Shown here: positions 29,172 through 39,617 of the stretch, one piece after another
Position numbering within the stretch: the first letter of the stretch is position 1
Layout: every line of letters begins with the position of its first letter
Source: Nitrospirales bacterium
GTDB taxonomy: Bacteria > Nitrospirota > Nitrospiria > Nitrospirales > UBA8639
DNA length: 64,000 nucleotides
Direction of reading: 5' to 3'
NCBI GenBank assembly: GCA_963555755.3
Contig: OY820905.2
Span: forward strand, 3,136,001 to 3,200,000
Notes under the pieces: generated by a model
What the model saw: the letters and a program-made list of their open reading frames with translations, nothing else
Database searches by the model: none
What the model was told of the DNA's origin: nothing
Made by a program: the position numbers and the translations under genes

Positions 29172-29284
29172 GGTGAAACGTATCTCGGGGTTCGTCTCTC
29201 GGAGTTTGTATCTCGTATCTCGTGAAGCGTATTTCGTGTAAGAAGAAGAAATACGAAATCCGATTGATACTCTGAAAGAACTCT

Positions 29285-30296
29285 TATGCCTTCCCATTTA
29301 ACTAAGGTTGCTTCAGTTTATTGAATCCCAAGGGTTTTGAGCTGCTGGTCAGGATTTTCAACAAACTCTGGAAGGTACTCATTGGAGTCTCACGGCGGTT
29401 ATAGCGAAAGACAAACTCATCAAGATAGTGTTGCAGGTATTTTGAATCCACTCCATGGTGAATCCCGTTCAGCCAGGTCTGCAGATTGCCGAACGCTCTA
29501 TGGATGTGTGGAGCGTGCTTCCCAGCACTTGCTGGGTCACCCTGGGTCCGTCTCAGGTGTTCGTATCCTGCCAAGGCTTTTGCCGAGTATCCCTTCCAAC
29601 CATCGGACTTGATCTTACTGCCCTCAGCGACATGGCTATTGAGGAATGCTTTGATCTCGTTCTCTCCAGCGTCTTGAAGAATCGCTAATCGTAAACGCCC
29701 TGCTTTCTCTCGAAAGTGATCCCCTTGTGTGTACGTGACAATTTCTACGGCTCCGGCTATTAACGTCTTGGTTTTCGCTTTCGCGACGCCACGGCCCGTT
29801 TTGCCTTTTACCGGTCCACCGATATGGGTTTCATCGGCTTCAACTGTTCCTGCGAGCCGTTCACGGTTCTGTCGTACCATTCCTCGTCGCAATCTGTGGA
29901 GCAAATACCAGGCGCTATCCACCTTCTTGATACTGAGTTGACGCTGCAATTGCACAGCACTGATGCCAGGTGTGTGCGTGGAGACGAAATAGGCAGCCCA
30001 AAACCAAAGCCGTAGCGGCAAGTGCGATCTATGCATCACTGTGCCGCTTAGCGGTGATGTCTGTCTATGACACGACGAACACTCAAACCGGAAATATTTT
30101 TTGAGCCACCAACCACCGCGATGACCGCAAGCTGGACACATAAACCCGTCTGGCCACCGAATCGCCCGCAAGTACTCGAAGCACGCTTCTTCGGTGTGGA
30201 ACCTAACAGAAAAATCCAAGATATCAGCAGCATACCCTGTGTCCATAGTCCAGCAGACTAGTCTAGGGACTAACCTTAGTCAAATGGGAAGGCATA
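29285..30296 (-). mobile_element. IS1595-family insertion sequence, copy 1 (1012 bp)
   Basis: 25-bp TIR tatgccttcccatttRactaaggtt; 8-bp TSD agaactct at 29277-29284 and 30297-30304. Confidence 0.95.
29302..30246 (-). CDS. IS1595-family transposase
   Basis: RWPDGFMCPAC zinc ribbon, VEADETHIGG, SDGWKGY, YLDEFVFRYNRR. Confidence 0.95.
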   Translation of the reverse strand: MDTGYAADILDFSVRFHTEEACFEYLRAIRWPDGFMCPACGHRGGWWLKKYFRFECSSCHRQTSPLSGTVMHRSHLPLRLWFWAAYFVSTHTPGISAVQLQRQLSIKKVDSAWYLLHRLRRGMVRQNRERLAGTVEADETHIGGPVKGKTGRGVAKAKTKTLIAGAVEIVTYTQGDHFREKAGRLRLAILQDAGENEIKAFLNSHVAEGSKIKSDGWKGYSAKALAGYEHLRRTQGDPASAGKHAPHIHRAFGNLQTWLNGIHHGVDSKYLQHYLDEFVFRYNRRETPMSTFQSLLKILTSSSKPLGFNKLKQP

Positions 30297-30356
30297 AGAA
30301 CTCTTTTACGAGATACGCTTCACGAGATACATTCCGAATCCCCGATTGGAAAAAAT

Positions 30357-31508
30357 ATGAATAACGACTCGAAGGGCTTTGAAATGTGGAAAAACATTTG
30401 CAATGTAAAATTGAGGAGGACGTTCTTTCTCGTCGGATGCCTCATTGTGGGCGGGATGTTTGGGGGATGTGGGGAAGCGCCTCAAGCAGAACCAGAAGAA
30501 TTGATCAGGCCCGTCCGTTCGCAACTGGTCTTTCTGACAGGAAGCGACCAAGTTCGCACCTTTTCTGGAACTGCCAGGGCCGGTCTGGAAGCAAAGTTAA
30601 GTTTTAAAGTATCAGGGACACTTCAACGGTTGTTGGTAAAAGTGGGAGACAAAGTTCGGCAAGGCCAAGTGATCGCCGTGCTTGATGCACGAGACTATGA
30701 CTTGCAAGTTCAACGGGCGGAAGCCACGCTGGCGCGTGCCAAAGCCTCCGCCAGGAGTGCGTCTGCCGACTACTCACGAGTCCGGGCCCTCTACGAAAAC
30801 CGCAATGCCTCTCGAAACGATTTGGATCAGGCCAGGGCTGCGGCTGAATCCTCGCGGGCGGAAGTCGCCTCCAGTACCAAAGATGTGGAAATTGCCAGTT
30901 TGCAATTAGGGTATACCCGATTGTCTGCTCCTGCGACATGCTATGTCGCATCAGTCCCTGTGGAGGTGAATGAAAATGTGCAGGCTGGCGGGATCGTCAT
31001 GGAAGTAGTGTGCGGTTCTCGATTGGAAGTCGAAGTGAGTATTCCCGAAGTGTTTATTGCCCGTGTGAAAAAAGGCAGCGCGGTGACAGCGACCTTCGAT
31101 GCGATTCCGGGCATTCAGTTTCCCTCGATAGTCACGGAGGTAGGCGTGGCATCGGGGAGAACGGGGACCACCTTTCCTGTGACTGTTCAATTGCAACAAC
31201 GAGTTCCAGGATTTCGATCCGGCTTAGCGGCAGAAGTGACGTTTCGCTTTGAAGGGCGGAAGGGCCAGGCCCGAATTCTGGTTCCTCCTGTTGCGGTGGG
31301 TGAGGACCGTGAAGGTCGGTTTGTCTTTGTGTTTGAAGAAATTGAAGGGGGAATGGGAATGGTTCACCGAAAGCCAGTCACCGTTGGAGAACTCACGGCT
31401 GAAGGATTAGAAATCCTCGATGGTCTGGTCGATGGGGAACGTGTCGTCACCGCCGGAGTGCGCCGGTTACATGACGGCCGGAAAGTACGGTTGATGGATG
31501 ATGCGTGA
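30357..31508 (+). CDS. RND efflux periplasmic adaptor (MFP)
   Basis: Lipobox FGGC, LSFKVSG, VKVGDKVRQGQ, LGYTRLSAP, GERVVTAG. Confidence 0.92.
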   Translation: MNNDSKGFEMWKNICNVKLRRTFFLVGCLIVGGMFGGCGEAPQAEPEELIRPVRSQLVFLTGSDQVRTFSGTARAGLEAKLSFKVSGTLQRLLVKVGDKVRQGQVIAVLDARDYDLQVQRAEATLARAKASARSASADYSRVRALYENRNASRNDLDQARAAAESSRAEVASSTKDVEIASLQLGYTRLSAPATCYVASVPVEVNENVQAGGIVMEVVCGSRLEVEVSIPEVFIARVKKGSAVTATFDAIPGIQFPSIVTEVGVASGRTGTTFPVTVQLQQRVPGFRSGLAAEVTFRFEGRKGQARILVPPVAVGEDREGRFVFVFEEIEGGMGMVHRKPVTVGELTAEGLEILDGLVDGERVVTAGVRRLHDGRKVRLMDDA

Positions 31509-31558
31509 TGCGTGAAAGACTCTTCCCCCATTACGCATAACTCATTACGCATCACGAT
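31503..31558. repeat. 7-nt-period inverted repeat element at the MFP stop codon
   Basis: gcgtgat gcgtgaa ... ttacgca taactca ttacgca tcacgat. Confidence 0.75.
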
Positions 31559-31636
31559 TTTCTCAACAGCTGTAATTTATCAACTATAACTCAATATGGA
31601 ACTGGAAAGTTTTTCAACATCCTGACAGGTCCTATC

Positions 31637-34600
31637 GTGAATATCACTCGTTTCGCCATCGACAACAATCGCATAACCTGTGTGACCCTATTTGTCATTA
31701 TTCTGGCAGGAGTTGGTGCGTACAATAGTATGCCGAGAAACGAGGATCCGGGTTTTATTATTCGCACGGCGCTCGTAAAAACGGTCTTTCCAGGCGCCAG
31801 TCCGGAACGGGTTGAACAACTCGTGACCGATAAACTGGAAAAAGTGATTCAGGAAATTCCGGAGCTTGATGCGGTGCGAAGTGAGTCAAAAACCGGAGTG
31901 TCGATCATCTGGATCGATATCAAGGAACAATATAAAAACATCCGTCCGATTTGGGATAACCTCCGCCGGAAAGTCGAAAAGGCCACGCCGGATTTGCCCG
32001 AAAGCATTCAAGGGCCCTTTGTGAACGATGAATTCGGAGACGTCTTTGGCATCCTCCTTACGATTATTGGCGACGGGTTCGAATATCGGGAGCTCAAGGA
32101 CATGGCCGATGATATGCGCGACGAATTGTTGCGGTTGGATGATGTGGCCAAAGTCGACATCACCGGTGCACAAGATGAGCGCGTTTTTGTGGAATATAAC
32201 AATGCCCGCCTGTCCGAGCTCGGCATTTCACCCTCTCAATTACAGCAAATGCTCCAAGCCACCAATATCATTATTCCAGGCGGTGACATCACCACGACTG
32301 AAGAAAAAATCGTGCTTGAGCCTTCTGGAAACTTTGAATCATTTGAAGAGGTTCAACGCACGGTTATTAATATTCCCGGCACAAAGGAAATGATTTACCT
32401 GGAAGATGTCGTGGCTATCACGAGAGGCTATATTGATCCACCTGATACGAAAATGCGTGCGACAGGAGAGCCGGCGCTGGGATTGGCGATTTCGATGCGT
32501 GAAGGGGGAAACATGGTTAGCCTCGGTAACCAGGTCAACGAGGTCCTCAAGAGGGCGGAAGGCCAGTTCCCGATCGGGATTGAGTTTGACACGATCCAGT
32601 TCCAACCCGGAGCGGTGAAGAAGAAAATTGATGATTTTGCAGGAAATTTGATCCAGGCAGTGATTATTGTTGGTGGGGTGATGCTGCTGACATTAGGTCT
32701 GCGGACTGGTCTCGTCGTCATGAGTCTTATTCCCATGGCCATCGTGATGAATTTTATGGTGATGTCATTTTTCGGTATTGGTATCGATCAAATGTCATTG
32801 GCGGCCCTCATTATTGCACTAGGTCTCTTGGTTGATAATGCCATTGTCATGTCAGAATCCACCATGGTTCGAATGGCTGCAGGTATGCCGGCCATGGATG
32901 CGGCGGTAAATTCTGCCAATGAGTTAAAGATTCCTCTGTTAACGTCTTCTCTCACAACGGCCGCAGCCTTTCTTCCTATTTATCTTGCGGAGTCAAATGC
33001 AGGTGAGTATACCGCCCCGATCTTTCAGGTGGTGACCATTACGCTGTTGTGCTCTTGGTTGTTAGCCCTCACCATGGTTCCATTGCTCTGTGTTCATTTC
33101 TTGAAAGTCAAAGTCGACCCGGAAGGCGAAGCCTTTCATTCACCGTTTTACGTGCGATACCGAAATGTACTGATGATGCTGGTCCGGCACCCATGGTTTT
33201 CAATGGCGGGAGTGTTAGGGGTTTTCTTCATTTCTCTTATTGGCTTCACCTATATTCCCAATATTTTCTTTCCCCCAAACGATCGCCCAACATTTACTGC
33301 AGAAATTGAATTGCCCACGGGAACACCTATTGAAAAAACTGAAAAGGTGGTCAAAGAAATTGAAAGGTTTATTCTAGACAACTTACAAGTCAGCGCGGAC
33401 CGTGAATTTGGAGTGACCAATTGGGGCTCCTATATCGGCCGGGGAGCCCCGCGTTTTATCTTGCCCTATAGCCCTGAGCAGTCTCGACCAGAATACGCCC
33501 ATATGGTCATCAACGCGACCTCACGCGAACTGATTGACTCTTTAATCCAAGAATTAGAGGCGTTTTGCCTGAATCGCTTTCCTGACATCTATGTCACGAT
33601 TCGACCACTGGACATGGGACCACCAGCTTGGCCACCCATCGAAGTCCGAATTTCTGGCAAAGATACCGACGTGTTGTTTGATCTCGTCGATCAGGTCAAG
33701 GCCAAGTTACGGTCCATTCCCGGAACCAAACTTATCGATGATGATTGGGGGGCGCGATCCAAAAAGATTATTGTCGATATCAACCAGCCTCGCGCACTCC
33801 GGGCCGGTGTGACCAGTCAGGACATCGCGATCTCGCTGCAAACGTTTCTTACAGGTTTGGATACCACAGAATATCGTGAAGACGATAAACTCATTCCAGT
33901 GATTCTTCGTTCAGTTGGGGCTCAACGGCAGGATATTGGAAAGCTGGAAAGTATTAATGTGTATTCCCAAGCCACAGGGCGGTCCGTGCCGTTAAAGCAA
34001 GTGGCTGATCTAGATATCGTGTGGCAGCCAGCCAAGATCATGCGTCGCGACCGATTGCAGACCGTGACGGTCGAGGCCAGCCTGGTACCTGGTCTCACGG
34101 CCACAGAGATCAATAGCATATTGAAACCATGGTTGGAGGAACAGGAAAAGACGTGGGGCTTCGGTTACTTTTGGGAATTGGGCGGAGAAACCGAAAAATC
34201 TGGAAAGGCGCAGAAATCCATTGGCGCCAAGCTGTACGTGGCTGGATTGCTTATTGTGTTGCTCCTCGTTGGGCAGTTTAACTCGGTGAGGCGGCCGGCC
34301 ATTATTCTGTTGACCATTCCACTTGGGATTATTGGTGTCGTTGCCGGTCTGCTCATTGCGAAATCATATTTTGGATTTATGACCCTCTTGGGCATCATTG
34401 CCTTAGCAGGGATAGTCATCAACAATGCGATTGTGTTACTTGATCGTATTCAAATTGAAATAGAGGAGAATGGGTTGGAGCCGGCTCGCGCGGTGATTGA
34501 GTCTGCACAAAAACGATTACGTCCTATTGTCTTAACGACCATTACCACAGTTGGCGGCCTCATTCCCCTGTGGTTGGGTGGTGGTCCAATGTGGGAGCCC

Positions 34601-34714
34601 ATGGCCATTTCCATCATCTTTGGTTTGGTCTTTGCAACCGTTTTGACCCTCGGGGTTGTGCCTGTCCTCTATACGCTCTTTTTCCGGGTCAACTTTAGGG
34701 AATTTAGATATTAA
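31637..34714 (+). CDS. RND efflux permease (AcrB/AcrD/AcrF family)
   Basis: PRNEDP, PGASPERVE, GLLVDNAIV, VINNAIVL, RLRPIVLTT. Confidence 0.95.
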   Translation: MNITRFAIDNNRITCVTLFVIILAGVGAYNSMPRNEDPGFIIRTALVKTVFPGASPERVEQLVTDKLEKVIQEIPELDAVRSESKTGVSIIWIDIKEQYKNIRPIWDNLRRKVEKATPDLPESIQGPFVNDEFGDVFGILLTIIGDGFEYRELKDMADDMRDELLRLDDVAKVDITGAQDERVFVEYNNARLSELGISPSQLQQMLQATNIIIPGGDITTTEEKIVLEPSGNFESFEEVQRTVINIPGTKEMIYLEDVVAITRGYIDPPDTKMRATGEPALGLAISMREGGNMVSLGNQVNEVLKRAEGQFPIGIEFDTIQFQPGAVKKKIDDFAGNLIQAVIIVGGVMLLTLGLRTGLVVMSLIPMAIVMNFMVMSFFGIGIDQMSLAALIIALGLLVDNAIVMSESTMVRMAAGMPAMDAAVNSANELKIPLLTSSLTTAAAFLPIYLAESNAGEYTAPIFQVVTITLLCSWLLALTMVPLLCVHFLKVKVDPEGEAFHSPFYVRYRNVLMMLVRHPWFSMAGVLGVFFISLIGFTYIPNIFFPPNDRPTFTAEIELPTGTPIEKTEKVVKEIERFILDNLQVSADREFGVTNWGSYIGRGAPRFILPYSPEQSRPEYAHMVINATSRELIDSLIQELEAFCLNRFPDIYVTIRPLDMGPPAWPPIEVRISGKDTDVLFDLVDQVKAKLRSIPGTKLIDDDWGARSKKIIVDINQPRALRAGVTSQDIAISLQTFLTGLDTTEYREDDKLIPVILRSVGAQRQDIGKLESINVYSQATGRSVPLKQVADLDIVWQPAKIMRRDRLQTVTVEASLVPGLTATEINSILKPWLEEQEKTWGFGYFWELGGETEKSGKAQKSIGAKLYVAGLLIVLLLVGQFNSVRRPAIILLTIPLGIIGVVAGLLIAKSYFGFMTLLGIIALAGIVINNAIVLLDRIQIEIEENGLEPARAVIESAQKRLRPIVLTTITTVGGLIPLWLGGGPMWEPMAISIIFGLVFATVLTLGVVPVLYTLFFRVNFREFRY

Positions 34715-34857
34715 AATGCAGGGAAAACCAACAGAAATGGGATGGTCATCAGAAAGACATGTTGTGTGGGTCTGAAAATTAAGGCGGTAAGGGCAGAACA
34801 TTGAACCTAGAAACAGCAGTTGGATCACAAAAGTCCGCGCAAGCTCTTGGCGCACCT

Positions 34858-35022
34858 AGGAGCCTGTCCCAGATTAGACCGATCTACTGCGGGTGCGCTG
34901 GATTTGGCCAGATCTTTCGATCCTTTTCGTTAAATAGTCACCACTATTCGCCTCAAACGATCGAAACATCTGACTCAAACCAGCACCTCCTCGTCACGAT
35001 CGCTAATCTCGGACAGGCTCCT
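34858..35022. mobile_element. 165-bp MITE / long foldback element
   Basis: aggagcctgtcccagattag ... ctaatctcggacaggctcct (20-bp TIR, 1 mismatch) plus nested internal inverted repeats. Confidence 0.78.
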
Positions 35023-35026
35023 CACA

Positions 35027-35077
35027 AAATACAAAAATGTCTCATCACCACGAAGGTGACCACGACTTTTTGTATTT
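35027..35077. terminator. Possible bidirectional terminator hairpin
   Basis: aaatacaaaaa..tcacc acgaa ggtga..tttttgtattt between convergent genes. Confidence 0.4.
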
Positions 35078-35262
35078 CACCAGGCACACCAATATCTTAC
35101 ACGGCTTTTTTGCGCCCAACTGCCGTTTCTAGGTTGAAGCAGACAATCTTAATGGTGTTTTCCATTTTTGAGAGTATGAACTAATCAATGGATTACCTCC
35201 AGGCGAATGGTGTGCTAAGAGTGGAATTTTCGTTAAGTTGACAACACCTACCCGTTTAATCC

Positions 35263-35598
35263 TTAGTTCCCGAGGGTTCGGATATACCCCAATACATCTC
35301 GCCTCTGCTGCTCGGAAAGTGTCCCTTTCCAGGGAGGCATAGCCGTTTTCGGCTTTCCGTTCTCAATAATGGCCAATAGCTTTTCATCAGCTTTTCCTCT
35401 AATTTTCTTGCTGGTGAAATCAGCTGGAGGGGGTGTTAACACCTTGCTAGTCGGTCCATCGCCTTTGCCATGTATACCGTGACAGTTCAGGCAATAGGTT
35501 TTGTACGTTTCTTTTCCTTTTTCTAGGTTGGGGGAGGCTCCCAAAGCCGGCTGAATAGCCATCCCAAAACAGCAAGCTAAGAAGGCAGCTTGGGACAA
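35263..35598 (-). CDS. Monoheme cytochrome c
   Basis: CLNCHG, GKGDGP, distal Met in AMPPW. Confidence 0.88.
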   Translation of the reverse strand: MSQAAFLACCFGMAIQPALGASPNLEKGKETYKTYCLNCHGIHGKGDGPTSKVLTPPPADFTSKKIRGKADEKLLAIIENGKPKTAMPPWKGTLSEQQRRDVLGYIRTLGN

Positions 35599-35797
35599 AG
35601 CCCAAGGGAGGAAAGAACCTGGACACGTCTTCTGAATTTTCAGGTGAAGTCTCCTGTATTTCGTTTGCGATTTTTAACTTGGATTTCGCCAAAAGCGCGG
35701 TCGAAAGAATGCAGGGGAGCTGATTAATGATAACCAACTGTACAAAAACGCACCCAGTCTTCCAAGCCTTGCTCAATTTGACAATTGCCGGTGTTAC

Positions 35798-37258
35798 TTA
35801 ATGATGATGTATCTGTTCGATCGCCTGTGCAAGTGTGAGCTCTTCACCTTCCTCATATTGCAGCCCGTCGCCGGCAATGATATGGGCGGCCCCTTTAAGA
35901 CATTCCAGAAGTGAGGGATGGGGGAAGATTGATTCAAGCAGGTAGGTGTATGGCAGTTCCCGTTCGATCATGAGGGAACCAGCGCCGATGATGGTATCAG
36001 AACCCGCACCAATGGCGCGAATACCCAGAATTCGATCGTCCCCTTCAGGCCCCACGATCAGTTTGACAAAACCAATGGGTGGCCGCATGGCATGGGCGCG
36101 ATGATTCCTGGCGAAGGGATATTTGCCAACACGCACGTCACCATATTTTTCGCGTGCTGCGGTTTCAGACAGACCCGCACCGGCGAGCATGGGGACGGTG
36201 AAAATAATGTAAGGGATATGATCCATACTTTGTGGATAATCGATGCCCAGGATGTGGGCTGCTGCGCGTCGTCCTTCTGCTTCAGCAACATGTACCAGCG
36301 AAAGGTCTGTGGAGGTGTTGCGATAGCCGATGTCGCCAACAGCATAGATGTCTGGCATGTTGGTCTGCATATTTTCATTGATGGTGATGTAACCACGCTG
36401 ATCTGTTTCAACGCCGGTGACCTCCAGATTCATCGTATCGCTGCAAGCCGAGCGGCCAATGGCAACCAATACCATTTCCGTCTCAATGTGTTGCGTGGTG
36501 ATATCTGTTTTCACGCCGTTTTCTGTCAGTTCCATACCTTGATATCTGCTGGAAGGAATCACGTGGATATCTCTGGTTTTAAAAGCATTCTCTAGAAAAC
36601 GGCTGACGTCAGGGTCTTCATGGCCCATGATATGTTCACACGTGTCAACGAGATACACCTCGGTCCCCACGGCATTGAAGATGCTTGCAAACTCACAGCC
36701 GATGATGCCGGCACCCAGGATGAGTATCGATTTCGGAGTGTTTGTCAAAGCCATGGCTTCGTCGCTGGTGATCACTTTGGGACTGTCCAGGGGCATGCCA
36801 GGCAGAATGCGCGGACGCGTTCCGGTAGCGATGATGATTTGGTCGCCGGAGTATTCATCCCCGCCGACACGTACGCGTTTGGCTTCGCAAAAGCTGGCCC
36901 TGCCTTGAACGACTGTAACATGTAGTCGGTTTAGTCTGGATTCAAGCATGGCAGAAAGTTGATCAGACGATTCTTCAATGCCGTGATGAAGCTTGGTGAA
37001 ATCCAGTGTGAGAACTTGGCCGTAAACATCTTCAAGATACCTGATGTGCAGGTGTTCACGCGTGATTTCAAAGGCAGCCTTGGTTTTGAATGCGCCTTCA
37101 ATGCCGTAACCCATCAATGGGCCATCGTTGATGATGATGCATTTTTTCCCCGTGAGGGCGAGCTTGCTTGCCGCACTGATACCACCGGGGCCACCACCTA
37201 TCACTAGCACATCGCAATATTCATGTTTCACCACATACCCCAATTCTCCCTCATTCAT
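35798..37258 (-). CDS. Pyridine nucleotide-disulfide oxidoreductase class I-like flavoprotein (Lpd/SthA fold)
   Basis: GGGPGG, IIATG, GAGIIGCEFA, YAVGD, FPHPSLLE. Confidence 0.85.
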   Translation of the reverse strand: MNEGELGYVVKHEYCDVLVIGGGPGGISAASKLALTGKKCIIINDGPLMGYGIEGAFKTKAAFEITREHLHIRYLEDVYGQVLTLDFTKLHHGIEESSDQLSAMLESRLNRLHVTVVQGRASFCEAKRVRVGGDEYSGDQIIIATGTRPRILPGMPLDSPKVITSDEAMALTNTPKSILILGAGIIGCEFASIFNAVGTEVYLVDTCEHIMGHEDPDVSRFLENAFKTRDIHVIPSSRYQGMELTENGVKTDITTQHIETEMVLVAIGRSACSDTMNLEVTGVETDQRGYITINENMQTNMPDIYAVGDIGYRNTSTDLSLVHVAEAEGRRAAAHILGIDYPQSMDHIPYIIFTVPMLAGAGLSETAAREKYGDVRVGKYPFARNHRAHAMRPPIGFVKLIVGPEGDDRILGIRAIGAGSDTIIGAGSLMIERELPYTYLLESIFPHPSLLECLKGAAHIIAGDGLQYEEGEELTLAQAIEQIHHH

Positions 37259-37337
37259 TTGCCCAACTCATTAGATCATGCCATCTTTGTTCAGTTTAGG
37301 GTGCGTCCTTCGGACGTCGGTATCGTCAGGTATTCTA

Positions 37338-37430
37338 GCAAGAGGTTGAAAAAGAACGCCAGCGGCGTTCCCTGCCTTCGCCGGAGCGGCTTCGCGCAGG
37401 CAGGTCGGTGCTTTGTCATGCTTGCGTACC
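37338..37430 (-). repeat. Partial inverted copy of the MITE at 38775-39006
   Basis: Reverse complement gtacgcaagcatgacaaagcaccga-cctgcctgcgcgaagccgct..ggcagg-gaacgccgctggcgttctttttcaac. Confidence 0.7.
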
Positions 37431-37940
37431 CTTGTGGCCGATTTCAAAAATGGACTCAGGGGATTTTAAGTTTAGGGAACCCGTATGGTCAAAAAACTCA
37501 TCCGGCCTTGCGGTCTCTGAAAAACTCAAATTTTTCGATGGGATGAATGTATAGACGGGGCAGGATCAATCCAACTTATAATACCTGCAATGCGATAGCT
37601 GTAAGGTTGGGGTACTCCCGATAGTGTGGCCGTATCTGAAACGCGCGAGAATGCGCAACGAGGTGTGCCGTGCCGAAGCAGTGACGCTATACCAAACACT
37701 TCCAGACTGGCCCCTGTGAAGAATCGACCAACCCGCAGCCATTCTTGCTCAGACCCCGGTCAATTCGGCAGCCATCTGTCACAGATAATTTCAGTTGCTA
37801 GTAAACTGGAATAATTGACAGTATCATTTTTGCCTCATTCTCTATACATATAAAGGGGCTGTTAGGTGTTGGACAGGAGCACCTCACTTCAATTGTGGTG
37901 TTGTGGGGCCCGTTGGGTGATAACTCCATAAAATACAAGG

Positions 37941-38660
37941 ATGGGAAAAATGAAAGCGAATCAGGTATTACTCACTCTGTTATGTGTCGTATTACTCAGT
38001 AGCTGTGCCCAAACGCGTCAAGCGCGAAGTGTGGAGAAGACAGGTTTTCTCAAAGATTACTCCATCCTGAGGGAAGGCGGAGAAGGAGAGGCACTGTTGG
38101 TCTATCGCAATCCCAAAGTCAACTGGACCTCGTACTTTAAGGTGATCGTCGATCCCGTGACGGTCCGGCTCGGGAAAGATAGCCAACTCCTTGATGTCAG
38201 TCCGGAGGACCGGCAGCGCATGGCAAACGATTTGTGGTCAAAACTCATTGAGGTTTTAAGAAAAGATTATGACATAGTTCATCAGCCGGGACCGGGAACT
38301 TTACGGATTCAGGCGGCACTCACGGAGGCGGAGGAGTCAACGATTGGCTTAGACACCGTGTCTTCAGTAGTCCCACAAATGCGGTTGATGTCCGAAGCGA
38401 AGTACCTTGCGACAGGGACTGCGGGGTTTGTCGGCAAGGCCAGTGTGGAAGCCAAAATGACGGATGCCCAAACCGGCGAATTGCTTATGGCCGGGATTGA
38501 CCGGAGAGCAGGATCAAAAAATGTAAAAGGCTCGTTTAATACCTGGAACGATGTGGAAGAGGTGAATTTGTATTGGGCCTACCAAGTCCGTTATCGCCTG
38601 TGCAAGTTGCGCGGCATGACCTTAGACTGTATTCCTCCTGAAAAAGCCGTGAAGAAATAA
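37941..38660 (+). CDS. DUF3313-family lipoprotein
   Basis: LSSC lipobox, TGFLKDYS, PGPGTLRIQAALT, DAQTGELL. Confidence 0.82.
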   Translation: MGKMKANQVLLTLLCVVLLSSCAQTRQARSVEKTGFLKDYSILREGGEGEALLVYRNPKVNWTSYFKVIVDPVTVRLGKDSQLLDVSPEDRQRMANDLWSKLIEVLRKDYDIVHQPGPGTLRIQAALTEAEESTIGLDTVSSVVPQMRLMSEAKYLATGTAGFVGKASVEAKMTDAQTGELLMAGIDRRAGSKNVKGSFNTWNDVEEVNLYWAYQVRYRLCKLRGMTLDCIPPEKAVKK

Positions 38661-38774
38661 GAGGTTCAGGGTGTTTTGGGATAGGGTCTTTATGTTATTC
38701 AATATATGGGACTGTTGAATATTTCACTCCAAAGGCCAATACAAGCCCATGATAGGACGGACAACAGCAGTGGG

Positions 38775-39006
38775 AGGGAATGTTCAAAAAAGCATGCCCT
38801 GAGTCTTTCCGAAGGGTCTATCCAGCCCTGTCCTGAGCAGAGTCGAAGGAAAGGCCGCAGCCCTTTTGACGCGCGGAGCGTACTCTCAGTACGTGAGCAC
38901 GGCAAAAGGGCGACCTGCCTACGCGAAGCCGCTTCAGCAGGCATGGAACCGCTGGCTTGTCAGCCGTAGCTTTAGCGAAGGCTGGCGGCTTTTTTCAACA
39001 TTCCCT
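38775..39006. mobile_element. Composite MITE with nested small hairpin repeats
   Basis: TIR agggaatgttcaaaaaagc / gcttttttcaacattccct (1 mismatch); central cgtactctcagtacg hairpin. Confidence 0.78.
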
Positions 39007-39023
39007 ATATTGAAGAAGAATAT

Positions 39024-39569
39024 TTGGATATTCGTATGAGATGGGCTTTGGTTTGGGCACTATTAATATTCTTGTCCCCCAACTTACTTCTAGCAGAGAT
39101 ATCTGTTGACGAATTACCCGATATTACAGGAGGGGTGATTCCACTTCTCTCCTTTGAAGTCAACAAGGGTGGAGAACTATTTTCGAGTGGTCGCGTATCA
39201 TCACGTGGAGAAACATTTTACGTGGTCCGCTTGAAGAATCAGACGGGCGACCCGGTTCTGGCCGAATCCCTGATAGTAGTCGTCGAGCGAATACAAAAAA
39301 TGTCGAACTTTCAGGATGTCACATCCAAGCTGGAATTACCCGATGCTCACGGTGAAACCGAAACGGGAAAGCCCTATTACCGTGTGCCCATAGGAGAAAA
39401 GAAATTCCTTGCCCCATTTTCAGAGAGCGAATCCTTCAGTCTGGAAATACAAAATCCCAATTTGTATCGCCTGTATCCTCCGGTACTCCGTGTGAGGGGA
39501 ATACGGATCACGGCTGCCCAGATGCATCAAGATGCTCTTGCAAACCTGGGGATGGAATCTCTCCAGTAA
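39024..39569 (+). CDS. Hypothetical secreted protein
   Basis: Signal peptide, 181-aa ORF, co-oriented with neighbours. Confidence 0.65.
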   Translation: MDIRMRWALVWALLIFLSPNLLLAEISVDELPDITGGVIPLLSFEVNKGGELFSSGRVSSRGETFYVVRLKNQTGDPVLAESLIVVVERIQKMSNFQDVTSKLELPDAHGETETGKPYYRVPIGEKKFLAPFSESESFSLEIQNPNLYRLYPPVLRVRGIRITAAQMHQDALANLGMESLQ

Positions 39570-39617
39570 GGGATGCTGACCCGGAGGAAATGAACAAAAA
39601 AGAAGGTCCTTGGGAAG

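Noticed and set aside
34801..35184. 127-aa ORF (also 38699-38969 and 37223-37546)
   Set aside because: They run through MITE/hairpin DNA and show no protein features.
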